Origin: Amphiscolops sp. MND2022
Taxonomy: Eukaryota
Direction of reading: 5' to 3'
Length of the DNA: 64,000 nt
NCBI GenBank assembly: GCA_964187785.1
Contig: OZ076409.1
Span: 94,800,001 to 94,864,000 of the forward strand
Shown here: piece after piece, positions 14,018 through 25,949 of the stretch
How the letters are laid out: the number at the start of each line of letters is the position of its first letter
Numbering within the stretch: the stretch's first letter is position 1
Notes under the pieces: generated by a model
The model's database searches: none
Seen by the model: only the letters and a program-made list of their open reading frames with translations
Told to the model about the DNA's origin: nothing
Translations under genes and position numbers: made by a program

Positions 14018-14514
14018 AAAAAAACGGGAACGTCTGAAGTCGGCGCCATATCTAAGGCTCAAAAAGTGCAGATTTGAGTAATGCGTAGGACGTTTTCATG
14101 ATAGACTCCTGTTTTCAGACCTCCGCCTCCTCTTTACAAAAACGCAATATAGTTCGGATATAACGTCAAAAGTTCGGATATAGCGCCTAATCCGGTTATT
14201 ACGAGGTGGGACTTCAATAAAATTGAAGGGGGAGGGACCCTTTGAAGACAAAAAAAGTTTCCAAAAAAACGTAAAATGTCTTACAGCGCCAAAAAACTGA
14301 AAGGGGACCCTTTAGTCTCATCCGATTTTCTATGTTACGTTTAAAAAGTAAAAACTGACAGTGGGGACTCTTTGCGATAACTTAGATGCGTTTCCCAGGT
14401 ATTCGTTTAGTTGAACAAACTGAACAAAATTTTCGTCGCTTCGAGTCTGTATTACAAAACAAACGAGTGACTGTAATAGTCAGGCTTTTTTGTTAATAAA
14501 AGCGCCGACTAAAA
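14018..14514 (-). mobile_element. HINE copy
   Basis: Both termini are present: AGTCGGCGCCATATCTAAGGCTC at ~14038 and ACTGTAATAGTCAGGC...AAGCGCCGACTAAAAA at ~14470-14514. Confidence 0.75.
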
Positions 14515-15164
14515 ACAAGCCAAGAACTTCAAAAGTCGAGGCCCAAAAAGAGCAAAAGTACTTCAGAGCATCAAGAAAAATCTATTGAATAAATTTATAA
14601 TTTCACTACCAAAAAACTTTTGGACTAAAAAGTGCTTTCCGGCTTCGTTTCTAACTAGAAACCATGAAATCAAACCGAGAACTCTTTCGTGCAAAAACAT
14701 TTTTGAAAACTCGCGAAGTGCCAAAAAACCCAAAGTTTGGACTTGGAAACATTTTCGCATCCAAAAATAAATTTAAAGAAAAAAACAAAAAAGGCCCGAT
14801 TTGAAAAAAATGCTTTCCATTTTCAAAAATGTTTTTGTCCTGTAAAAAGCCCCCTTTTAGGCACTATGAGACTTATTCCTGACAGAGACATTCGAAAAAA
14901 AAATAATTTTCAAAAAGTGTGTTTTCTCAGTTGGGGGAATGGTTTTCGAGACTTATGTATTAAGTACCTCTTGGGATATTTATTGGGACCGAGATATTGA
15001 TAGTTATAGGAATGCCTGTTTAGGAGACCAAACTAAAGCTTAAGGAAACTAAAGTTAAAATCCTGCATGAAACTAGGGCCGGTCCGGCTCGTTTATCATA
15101 ATGGTTGCAACTTTCTCCGAAAAAAAAACAGCAAAAGTTGGAATTTGCAAGACTCCAGCTTCTT

Positions 15165-18058
15165 TGTAAGATTTTTGGAATTACGGTAGCTTTAACAATA
15201 CGTAAGATTGCTCCACTACCACTCAATTAAACCCGTAGGTACCAATCACGAGACAAGAAATGGCTGAGTTCTACATAAATTTATTTTAACTTCAAATGCA
15301 AAGACAAATCAATACAACTGAAGACGGTGGGAGTAAGTGTGACTAAGAAATCACGTTCTTTGACTATCTTTGTGATTTAACCTCTTTCTGGGGGGTTGTC
15401 TCGCTACTCTTAGGCTGTTGAAAACGCCGGACGTCTTTTCACGAATGAAAAGAGCAGTTAAAAGTCAATTAATATGCAACACATAAATAAGACGATTAAT
15501 AGACACTAGTACAAGTTCAAATCCACGAATAATAGAATGAATATTATTCAAACATCGATAAATACGGAGAAAGCTACGAAGAAATTGAGAAGGCATAGGG
15601 CACTAGAAAGTAATAGTTATAGGTTTCAGCAGGGTAATAGGTATCCTTGAAGATGAGGTGTGATATCTTAAATGATATCGAGAATAAATAACACTCACCG
15701 CAAATCTTCTGTTCGGTCTTGGAGTGAAAGTAAAAATTCGGTGTATTCGTAGGCCACTCAGCCTGTAGGGTTTTCTAACTACCGGTGTATTCGTAGGCCA
15801 CTCAGCCTGTTCGGTATATTCGTAGGCCACTCAGCCTGTGGGGTTTTCTAACTACCGGTGTATTCGTAGGCCACTCAGCCTGTAGGGTTTTCTAACTACC
15901 GGTGTATTCGTAGGCCACTCAGCCTGTCGGTGTATTCGTAGGCCACTCAGCCAGTAGTGTTTTCTAACTACGGGTGTATTCGTAGGTCACTCAGCCTCTG
16001 TTAGTGTATTCGTAGGCCAATTAGCCTGTAGGGTTTTCTAACTACGGGTGTATTCGTAGGTCACTCTGCCTGTGTTAGTGTATTCGTAGGCCACTTAGCC
16101 TGTTTACGATAATTCAAATATCGGACGCAAAGCAGCAAACCGTTCTTTAGATTTCAACTCACTTTGTGTGCTTAAAAATGGCGCACACTTCGGCCAAAGT
16201 TACTTGTTCGGCAGTTAGTCACTTACGTATTCGTAATTTGTCATCATTCCTTTGTGGGGGCCTGACTAAGTGTTGAGCAAATCATTTTTCCCTACTTCGG
16301 TACTGCAGATTCATCAGAAATACGTTTTCTCATCACGATTCGGTCCTAGTTCCACCTCCTTGTCAATCATGACTAAAGGTTTTACTTCGTTTTCAATAGA
16401 ATTTAAGGGGCGGTGTTACTGACTCAATTTTTCCCACTTTTGTAAGCACGACTTGAACTTCGGCTTACTGATTGACATATGCACCTTTTGCTTATATACA
16501 TCGTTAGCCCAAACCATTAGGAGTATTTTGCACTTTAGATGAGGTCTCTATCTTTTCTCAACAAAATTTGATAGCACTTTTTCTGAAGGTAGTCATTTTC
16601 CGTTTGTCCTTTAGTTTTATGTCCGTACCTTCAATTTTGGAAGCCAATATCTCGAAACCAGGTCATTTTTCAGAAAAACGCTTCTTCTAAACGCTGTGCG
16701 CATGGGTCTTGTGCGTCTACCCTGAGAGTTTCAGCTCGATATCGCCCGAAACAGGCGGGGGGAGGGTTAGCATTTTGGTATGTCGACATCCCTATCGGCA
16801 GAAAGAAATCACAACTTTAAATTCTTGGGGATTCTTCGCTAGCGCGCCGCAGCACTCTATTTATTATTCTATTCACTCCTCCATTTCGATTCTCAAGTAC
16901 GCTGTGAAGGGGGCGGCTATGGTGCGCTTACACGTTGAGTACTAAGCGATAACATGCGAAAAACGGATGATTTGGCCATTTTAGGGCTGTTTTTAACGTT
17001 TGCTGGCTCAGTTCTCTGAAACTACTGAATATTATTCATTTTCCATTTGACACAAGTTAGGAAATATTTTTTATCTTTACTTTAAGCTATTTCCGAACCT
17101 TTTCTGACAACTGTAGCGATCACACGAAATTTTTAAAGGAAACTCATTTTTGGGAAATCGTCAAAATTTTTCACGCACTTATTTTCAAAGCTTCCCCCAA
17201 TATGTTCTCGTCATCGCAGAGGGCTCATATTCTCAACTTAAGCTTTCCTTCGGACGGGCTGTCGAATGCTGCAACCGTTTGTTGATATCTTTTTCCATCT
17301 TCGAGAAATCGCGTTTTGATTTTTAATTTGCATTAAGAGAGGGATAATTCCAAAGTGTGCGGCGGCCGTTTTCTTGTTAGCTATGTGTACAGCCACTCAC
17401 AGCGCGTTCTTAATTTCATTCCTTTCGCTTTCTGACGCGTTTAGCTGAGTTGCATTCTATGCTGTTCACGCACACGGCGGAGTTTTCACTCTCGCTTACC
17501 CTCAAACACATGTATTGACATAGTAATTTGACTAAATCTCTATTCACAGTCAACGATGACTTTAGGTTCAATTTTTGTGGGAATACGTTGGCTTAAAGTT
17601 CTTAAATGTTTACTCAACACGTAGTCAGGTCAAATAGGAACATTTCGGTGGTTTAGTTTTTCTTGTATTAGCAATAGTTGCCGAGAAATTCGATGTCAAA
17701 GTTTCTTCCCGATTAGAATTTTCATACATAGTTCTGAGTGGTGGCGGCTGTATTACTGCATTAATACGTTGCGCGGTCATTTCATCGCGGCTAAGAATAG
17801 TTATTTTGGTTGTCAATGGGACGGAGTACAATAGTATTGACATTAAACAATAAGGTGAGGTACTTAAAGTACTTACTGTTATCGTAACTTTTACAGATAT
17901 CACACCCGGACCATCTACCTTGCTGAAGGCATAAAATTTAATGAACACCATGTTTTAGGCGAAAAAGTCAAAAATCCTACATTCCCCCCTACTTGGACTA
18001 CTACTCTCCTGAAAAGTTGGTTTATTCAAATTTAATTCTGTTGCTAGGGAGATTTTAA
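15165..18058 (-). repeat. 3' LTR (portion shared with the 5' LTR; may extend further right)
   Basis: Begins TGTAAGATTTTTGGAATTAC on + (i.e. ends ...CA on the element strand) and is colinear with 27407-30296 up to GAGATTTTAA. Confidence 0.9.
15739..16103. repeat. LTR-internal minisatellite
   Basis: GGTGTATTCGTAGGCCACTCAGCCTGT with or without AGGGTTTTCTAACTACC. The counterpart at ~27983-28340 has a different unit arrangement. Confidence 0.9.
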
Positions 18059-18527
18059 TTGGATAATTCGCTGTCCAGTCAGGTTGTAATATCAGCCTTG
18101 TTTCATCAACTAATTTTGTTATTTTGTAAACAAGTGCTTGGAAATACAATAGTAAATTACTTCACTTTGTAAATTTTGTTTTATTTAAATTCAAATCCCC
18201 ATAAAACATTATTAGATCCCATTTTTCAAACTTTATTCACATAAAAAAATTAAATCTTTCTCTTTCAGTCCCAAGCAAGATTTTGGAAAATGAAGTGTGG
18301 TACATACTACAACAATCATTTTCTATTATAGTTGACTCTTTTACTGACCGGGTTTTCTGGTTCATTCCTTTAGGACTTGAAGTTCTATATTCAATTTCCG
18401 TCCAAGTTAGGGAATATAGTTTTTCCGAGCCTTTCCCTGGGGCAAATAAATACAGGGGGTGGAAATATGAATATTATCTCGTCAATCGAGTTAAAAACTC
18501 ACTCTTTTCAATAAATCACTACTTGAA

Positions 18528-20788
18528 TCAGGGCTTCTTTTCTCCTTGCGGAAGATCAGGGGTCTTCGCATTCCCATCGGTTTGGGAGGAGGCAGGAAGT
18601 TGTTGTAGCTCATCTGCAATTCTGGACAAGCGTTGTTCTTCTGGTTCATCTTCGTCTCCCCCTCTCAGCAGTCGTTGTTTACAGGCACGCATGATGTATA
18701 GTTGTCCCCTCTTTACCAGCCAGCATAAGATTCCCACGAAAGTTGAAATAAGCAGGGTAACAACACACGGTAAAATAACATCTGTCCACACTTTCTTTAA
18801 GACGGTCGAATGAACTTTTTCTACTATGATTAAAAAGGGCTTAGCTATAGCATCTAGCATTTCTTCGATAATTGCCCTGTCTGGTTTAATTTCCCTTAAA
18901 AAGGCCTGCCAAATTTAATTTCAAGTGCGACAAAAGTTCTTGGTGTACGTCTCCCATTAAGGAGGGAGGAATCACTTCTTCTAACTAACTCTTTTAGATT
19001 TTCAAACAGAGGTCTCAATAAAGGAGTCGGCATAATTCTGACAATTTCATTAACTTGGTTATCGGCGCAAGATATTGGGTCCGGGGTAAGAAACAAACCT
19101 GCATTAGGGAGTTGTAATCTTCCGTCGCAAGTAGGTCTCACTAGGCAGCTCTGACAGCCTTGTACTCCATAATCCACAGTAGAAGTCATATTTTGCATGG
19201 TAAAATCCCCTTTCGCTGACGTCAATAAAAACGCGGAGTCATATAAATAGATAGCCTGGGGGTGTTGCGGAAGGGCCACTACCTCCTGAGCGCACAGTTT
19301 AAGTACGGTGGCAGGGAGGCTAAAGAACAAGCCAGTTAGACATGTCGTTTTCTGCGACTTAGTAGTCGAGAAGGGTTGCTTGCATAGCCTAAGTCGATGA
19401 GAACCCCAACAATGCGTCGACAACTCTTGTTCAGTGACTTCCGCAAAATTCCTCTTATCCCACGACATTAGTAAGTGGGTTTTTGCAAGTTGGTTTTGCG
19501 TTGACCGTTCCGTATTTGGAATAGGTTCCGGGATGGGTGTAGCACGGTACACCTCGTGAATTCCGTGTCCGGCGTACATCGGGATTTCCAATAGCATATG
19601 CAAGCCGTCGTTCGTAACATATGCATCTCTGACAATTTCGAATGAATAGTACGCCGCAATTAATTTCCTCGGAATAGTCTCATTTAATCCGGTGACGTGG
19701 TACGAATCAAGGATCTTTTTCAGCGTTGCAGGCGGGATTAAAGAAATAGGCAAAAAGCCATGGACTAAAGAGGACATGGCCTCTTGTAACATCGACGCCA
19801 TGTTTGACGGAGAGATGCGGCGTTGTTTGATCTCATTCACGATCCGGCGATATTGCACGGTTAGATTTTGAAACGCAGCGGCCATTATTAAGGTGTTACG
19901 GTGTCGGTCTTGAGTCAATTTGACTACGCATTCCGCCCTTTCTACATAATCATACACCTCATCAATCGCTCCTTTTACCGTACTATTCAACATTTGTGTA
20001 TTTTTGTCTAGGGATTGTTTTAACGCTAGCAACTCTCGGTTTCCGACGTCAGCCGGCATTCTCACTGTGACGGCTTCTATCAATTCCGACCTTAAATATA
20101 CTACTTCGTCCTGCAGGATTTCAACTTCTGTTGCTAAATCCTCGATAATTTTGCTCTCTTTACTCCGGCACATCGATCCAAAGGGGATCAGGTCATCTAC
20201 GAAGCAGGAAAGCGTCTCGTGTATGGGGCCAAATATCGGTCTTAGGAAGACATGTGCTAACTCGCTTCCCACCATAGATCCTGCAACGGCCCCGACAATT
20301 GATCTAGCGTAACGATTCGGTTTTTCCAGAGGGATGTCGTCTACGGTATGGTTAAGAAAAACGGTGAGCGATTTTCGCATTGCCAGCCAGTCGTGTTGAA
20401 ACATCCGGTGGCTTTGAAATTTTTCCGCTAATTTATCGCGCAGAAAATCTTTCCAGTAATTAAACAAATGCGGGTCTGCACATTCCCGTGAAAACATGCG
20501 TATGTCCAGGGACACCAATCGAGTTAATGCTTTATCCAAGATTTCGTTTAACGGTTCCGGATCTAACTGGGGGATTTGAGGGAACGGAATATAAGTCCAA
20601 ATAGTTTTGATCGACTTAACGAGTACGACGGGAGGTTCGGGAGTGAACGCTGCGCCAGAAATTGAATGGGTGCCATTTACAAACCCTGGTTGATTGCGTC
20701 TCCTCTGGAACTCGAATGGGTCGAATGCGTCTTCTCCTCCCGAAACGTAGCGGGCGAGGAAAATTAAAGTAAACACAGAACATTTCAT
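18528..20788 (-). pseudogene. Env-like class I fusion glycoprotein (baculovirus-F/errantivirus-like), frameshifted near the C-terminus
   Basis: Signal peptide MKCSVFTLIFLARYVSG; furin-like RYAR followed by hydrophobic SIVGAVAGSMVG; heptad-like helices; Cys-rich region (CWGSHRLRLCKQPF...TCLTGLF...LKLC); N-x-S/T sites. The TM segment VILPCVVTLLISTFVGILCWLV is in the following ORF (18528-18860). The frame appears broken by a TTAG duplication (~18985) and a T5 run (~18900). Confidence 0.8.
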
Positions 20789-21164
20789 CCTAGGACTATA
20801 CTAGCGAGTCCAAATTCGGATGATATAAACTATTTAGAAGCGAAACATGATAAAGTAAGCGGGTTACTTGTTGGACGATCACAACGGTAAATAATACTTG
20901 AGGCAAAGGTCGGTTAAATAGATTGCAGGAATTGACACTGCAGCGTTTCTATTTTAGCGACTGTTTAAGCGGAGGTTGAAACAAAGTATGAAGGGGAGTT
21001 GGTAGCGACGTCAATGACGCTACAGTTATGACTCAGCGCCTTCTAATTAACGGTCCGAGCTTACGATAATTCGCTTAGGCATGCTCGTGAACGGCAAAGC
21101 GAATGATGAGCTTCTTTACTTCGGATGACTCAACTCACCTGACCATCAACCGAAGACTCTGATG

Positions 21165-22649
21165 TTATTTTGGATGTACCACGTACTCGTCTATGCCGAA
21201 GCGGATGGGCGGTTGACGATTCCGTGTATTTTCTAGGATTAGCGAGTCTGAGTGGTTACTCGCGTTAGAGTCGTCGTCATTTGGGAGGGGCTGTCCCTCC
21301 CCGTCGTGTATTTCTTCATTTACGGGAGACGACTCCGCATTCGACCATTCTTGGACATTTATATACAAGGGGCTGTTAGTCAGACGAGTATTCTCCTCGT
21401 CTTCTACATCTATCACGCGGGGGGGGGGGTCGTGAAACGACACGTGAGGCTGATTTCTATTGGCTTGGGTTTCCGCCGAAGAATTTTGTTCTTCGGTCTC
21501 TGTATCAGAGGAATTGGATTCCTCCACGCGTTCCTCGAAGTTTGGAGTCGGCTTGGATGCTAACCGTTCGGAGCGTTTCGGGGGTGATTCACCCAAGTAC
21601 GGTTTTACACGGTTGAAATGGACATTTTGCCACTAGTCGGGGAAGCCTTTTTTACAGATCTGATATTTCACTTCGCTCGTTCGTTTCAACACTTCGTATG
21701 GACCGCGCCAGGGTAGATGAAGTTTTCGCGATTTCGCTCGATGCGGTTCGAATAACCATACTAAGTCTCCTGGATTAAATGGTCCTCCATGGATTTTTCT
21801 CTGATAATATTCCTTCTGTCGGCGTTGTTCTTTTCCCATAGTCATTTGCGCGTGACTATGTACTTCGTACAATTTTTCGTTTAATTCCGTACCCATCTGA
21901 CCTAACTCTAATCGTGGATCCCCGGGAGGTTTTGGATAGTATAGATCAAAAGGGTATTGCGCTTCCTTTCCATACAACATGGAAAACGGAGTAGTGCCGA
22001 TAGTCTGATGTACGGTCGTATTGTACACGAAAGTAACATAGGGCAAATACATGTCCCATTCCTGAGGCTTTTCTGCGCAATATTTCGATATGGTATCGGC
22101 AATCACTCGATTAAAACGTTCAACCTGGCCGTTTCCCTGAGGGTGGTACAGAGAAGTCCTAGACTTGTCGATCATAAAGACCTGACAAATGTCTTTCATC
22201 ACTTCACTATTAAAGTTCGTTCCCTGATCGGTGTGCAAAGTATCGGGTGCTCGAAACCTCAAGATCCATTCTTCGACTAAAGAGGTGGCCACAGTTTCAG
22301 ATGTCATGTCCTTCAAAGGTACGGCAACCGCATACTTGGTGTACAAATCGGAAATGACCAAGATGTATCGTGCCTGCGACTTCTTCGCTAGTGTTACCGG
22401 TCCTAGAATGTCTGCTGCTACAATACAAAATGGCGCCTTCGCTTCGCTTGTTTGCAAACTAGCTTTCCGACTTTTTCCCGCGGTTGACCTAGCGGCGCAG
22501 CGGAAACACTTTGCAATATATTTCTCGACACTGGGCCTACGCCCCGGCCACCAGAATCTCTGTTTATTTCGTGACAAGGTTTTTTCTACTGCAAAATGAC
22601 CTCGGCTCAGAGGGGAGTCATGCAACTGATACAATATTTCGTTTCGCAT
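21165..22649 (-). pseudogene. Gypsy integrase (HHCC, DDE, GPY/F) with acidic tail
   Basis: LHDSPLSRGHF...FWWPG...CFRC; ADILGP; DQGTNF; GNGQVERFN; WRGPY. After an in-frame TAG at 21633-21635 it continues WQNVHFNRVKPY and on into ORF 21165-21596. Confidence 0.93.
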
Positions 22650-22679
22650 GCTCGCCAGTACTACTGCTTGCCAAATCTC

Positions 22680-25037
22680 TCAACCACGATTACCGTGGTC
22701 CCACTTTCTATAAAGGACCCGATTCGCAAGGGCGAGATGTTCCCAACTACTCCAGACCTCCAGGGCCTCTGGACAACTCCATGTTAACGCGACTTCACGA
22801 GGAATTGGGTTAGGTCCTAGGTTTTCTACAGAACCGTCTATTCGAATGCCATTCCGTACCATTTCCCGTAATATTAATCCCATGCCTCTATCCATTCGTT
22901 GGCTATAAGCCAAATCACTATCTGATCTAGTCCACGAAATATGCCCGTCCACTTCCTCTGCTGCTAACATTTCTTCCGGAGTAGCAATGGAGCAGGGGAA
23001 ATCTTTACTTGCGGAGGTGGAAGTACTTTGCCTAGACGAAGTGGGAGGGTATTTGAGTACTTGATCTCGAGGTGTATAAACCGAAATCGTAAAATACGAA
23101 TCTTGGAAAACGACCTCTAGACAAATCGCTACGTTTGCCCATTCCAATTCATCATCAACACAGCCTATTCGAGGCATCGCAAGTTTAGAGACTCCGTGCG
23201 AACTAGCATGTTCTTTCATTCTCAGTAGACAGACTTTCAAAGTGTCATACTTTGCTACTTCTTCGATCGAAGGTTTCGTAATCAATAGATATACATAACG
23301 CACAAGGTTTTCGTCTTTATATACAAGAAATCCTCCCACTCGATTCACCGATTCTCCGAGGGGTGATAGATGAGAATACGACCTGATGAAATACTTCATG
23401 GGAGCGGTAGACACTCTCATATCTGCGGCAATGCACAAGACCAAAGAATCTGGCGATTCGAGGAAATCTCCTTCGCGATAGCGGACTACTTCTCTTGGAG
23501 GGTGGGCGAGTTGCATTTTGAAATCACGGGCTACATCCTCCGACAATTTGTTCGTCTCTCGAGCTTTAGTGCGGGCGGCCTGTAGGTCGCGTTCGGTTTC
23601 GAACAGGGCACTGTCAAATTCAGTAAATTCCGGGATCGGACCTCTTAGTGTTTCTTCTTCGCCTGGGAGCCACTGTGGTACGTCGTTTGGTCTCCTGCTG
23701 AGACCATCCGTATTACAATGCTTGTCGCCGGGTCGATGTACGATTTGGTAGTCGTACTCCTGCCATTTTTGAACCATCCGGAAGGTCATTCCATCTGCGT
23801 TTTGCCTAAACAACCACTGCAGGCTTGCGTGGTCCGTTCGGATAATGCATTTTGATCCGTATATGTACGGTCGGAACCATTGAACCGCTTGGATTACTCC
23901 AAGTGCTTCTCGTTTGGTCGTGGCATAATTTACTTCGGTTTTGGATAAAACTCGAGATTCAAAGGCGATCGGATACTCCGTTCCGTCGATCACTCGGAAC
24001 AGTACTGCGCCGAGCGCAGTCTCACTAGCGTCCGTACCAATAATGAACGGAAGTTCAAAATTTGGGAAGGCTAGGATCGGAGCCTCCAACAATTTTTTCT
24101 TCAGCGTTTGGAAGGCTTGATCATGCTCTTCGGTCCAGGTGAACTTGAGGCCTTTGCTAGTTAATAAATAAAGTGGGCGAGCCATTTCTGCGAATTTTTG
24201 GACGAAGTTCCGGTAATAATTGCAGAACGCGACGAATGAGCGGACTCCCGTGACGTCAGTCGGTCGTTCCCATTCGCGAATTAGCGCCAACTTCTTTGGG
24301 TCGGGTTGGATTCCTTCCTTATTTATCACATGGCCCAGATAGTGGACTTCAGTGCGGAAAAAAATACATTTCTTGGGTTTAAGCCTCAAGCCAGACTTGC
24401 GCAATACTCTAAACACTTTTTCCAAATGCTCCAAATGGTCCTCCGGAGTTTTAGTAAACGTTAGTACATCATCTAGGAATATCAGCCCGTGTTTATAGAG
24501 GTCGTCTTTGAATATGTTGTTCATATTCCTTTGGAAAGTCGGCGGGGCGTTCGTCAAACCGAACGGCATTTTTAGACATTCGTATAACCCTCCGTCTGGG
24601 GTACAGAATGCGGTTTTGTGTCGATCTTCGGCCGCGACTGGAATCTGCCAGTAACCACCTGCTAAATCGAGGGATGAGAAAACTCCCGCTCCCTGCAGTG
24701 CATCAATCGTTTGGCCAATGCGCGGTAACGGATACGCATCTTTCACCGTGAGATCGTTTAACTTTCGGTAGTCGATACACATTCGGTTGGAGCCATCTTT
24801 CTTAGGTACCATAACTATGGGACTACTGAAAGGGCTCTTACTCCGTACAATCACCCCTTTCTCAAGCATTTCTCGAATTTCTTCGCGAACCGCTTCCAAT
24901 TTATGTGGGGCGATTTTATAAGGCGATTTTTTAAATGGTTTCGCGTCGCCTATGTCGATGTGATGCTCTACTCCTACCGCGGTTCCTAACGGGTCCGCGG
25001 GCAGGGAAAACACGTCTCTATAATTACGAATCAGCAC
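22680..25037 (-). CDS. Pol: reverse transcriptase, RNase H and macrodomain
   Basis: RMCIDYRKLN, GYWQI, MPFGLTNAP, FLDDVL, YLGH (RT); TDAS, YATTKREAL, TDHASL, DGLSR (RNase H); then a TARG1-like domain. Confidence 0.95.
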   Translation of the reverse strand: MLIRNYRDVFSLPADPLGTAVGVEHHIDIGDAKPFKKSPYKIAPHKLEAVREEIREMLEKGVIVRSKSPFSSPIVMVPKKDGSNRMCIDYRKLNDLTVKDAYPLPRIGQTIDALQGAGVFSSLDLAGGYWQIPVAAEDRHKTAFCTPDGGLYECLKMPFGLTNAPPTFQRNMNNIFKDDLYKHGLIFLDDVLTFTKTPEDHLEHLEKVFRVLRKSGLRLKPKKCIFFRTEVHYLGHVINKEGIQPDPKKLALIREWERPTDVTGVRSFVAFCNYYRNFVQKFAEMARPLYLLTSKGLKFTWTEEHDQAFQTLKKKLLEAPILAFPNFELPFIIGTDASETALGAVLFRVIDGTEYPIAFESRVLSKTEVNYATTKREALGVIQAVQWFRPYIYGSKCIIRTDHASLQWLFRQNADGMTFRMVQKWQEYDYQIVHRPGDKHCNTDGLSRRPNDVPQWLPGEEETLRGPIPEFTEFDSALFETERDLQAARTKARETNKLSEDVARDFKMQLAHPPREVVRYREGDFLESPDSLVLCIAADMRVSTAPMKYFIRSYSHLSPLGESVNRVGGFLVYKDENLVRYVYLLITKPSIEEVAKYDTLKVCLLRMKEHASSHGVSKLAMPRIGCVDDELEWANVAICLEVVFQDSYFTISVYTPRDQVLKYPPTSSRQSTSTSASKDFPCSIATPEEMLAAEEVDGHISWTRSDSDLAYSQRMDRGMGLILREMVRNGIRIDGSVENLGPNPIPREVALTWSCPEALEVWSSWEHLALANRVLYRKWDHGNRG
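23076..23489 (-). other. TARG1/OARD1 (Poa1p-like) macrodomain within Pol
   Basis: VRYREGDFLESPDSLVLCIAADMR...RYVYLLITK...YDTLKVCLLRMKEHASSHGVSKLAMPRIGCVDDELEWANVAICLEVVF...ISVY aligns end to end, by eye, with the remembered TARG1 pattern (GDLF..DSLAHCISED..YYLITK..LSMPRIGCGLDRLQW..ITVY). Confidence 0.88.
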
Positions 25038-25121
25038 TCGTAATTTTTCCTTTTCTCGGAGATTACGAGACCAAGGGTGGCTAAGTTTGAAATTTCGTCA
25101 ACATCCTGCTCGAGTTTTTCG

Positions 25122-25560
25122 TTAGTTTCGGAAGCGAAGCCGCTGACACTGTGTCAGGGCCTGGTACCGTTTCGAAGACGGAAGCGTCATCTTCCGGAGA
25201 AGGATGAGCCCTCCTAAGATTTGCATCGGTACTTTGACGATTGAACCGTCGTCTTGGGGAATGGTTAGCTTTTCTTCGACCATATCGGCCGTGCATTGAT
25301 TTTCCATTAGGAATTTCAATCCGACTAATATATTCGGATGTAGATCTTCTACAACCACAAATTCATCCGTGGCTACAAGTGTTCCGATTTTTACTTCTGC
25401 TTTTATGATGCCTTTTGTCGGCATTTTGTTGGCTATGGGGCCGGTCAGACTACTATTGTGAGGGGTTATCGGATTACCGATCGCCTGCGCTAATTCTAAG
25501 CTCATTAAACTTCTGCTCGCTCCGGTGTCTATTACGGCCTAACATCGAAAAAGTTCTACA
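25122..25560 (-). pseudogene. Retropepsin (aspartic protease) of the Gypsy element
   Basis: AVIDTGASRSL (DTGA at 25518-25529) is in frame with ORF 25122-25505, which contains ILVGLKFL. Confidence 0.85.
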
Positions 25561-25949
25561 TCGAAGGGAACTAAAAGTGTCGCGCCTGGAACATACTTGC
25601 TATGGGCGATCGGTATCAGCTCTTCTGCGTCCGGCGGGTTTTGTTTCAGAAAGTCTACGCCAGGTTTGGGGCAAATTCTTACCGAGCCGGGGTCGGCTTG
25701 TTTATCTTCAAAAACAGTTGGTTGGGGGGTTGTTTACAACGGAAGGATTTGGGTCCTTCTGAAAGAACCCTCTGGGGCCAAATTTTTCACTCACTTGTCG
25801 CCAAACTTCCGGATCAATACGCCTACTTCGGTTTTGCTGTCGCAAACGACTTTCGTTACTCCTAGACCTAGGGCGTATAGGCGGATTCGTTTTAGGAAGG
25901 TTTGTAGCAGTAGGAGAGGGGATAATATCCCAAGCACGAGTAGAACCTG

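Noticed and set aside
21633..21635. In-frame TAG in integrase as programmed readthrough
   Set aside because: The element has several other stops and frameshifts in gag, pol and env; simple decay is more likely.
24466..24480. RT active site FLDD instead of YxDD
   Set aside because: A single conservative change in a decayed copy; not interpretable without a consensus.
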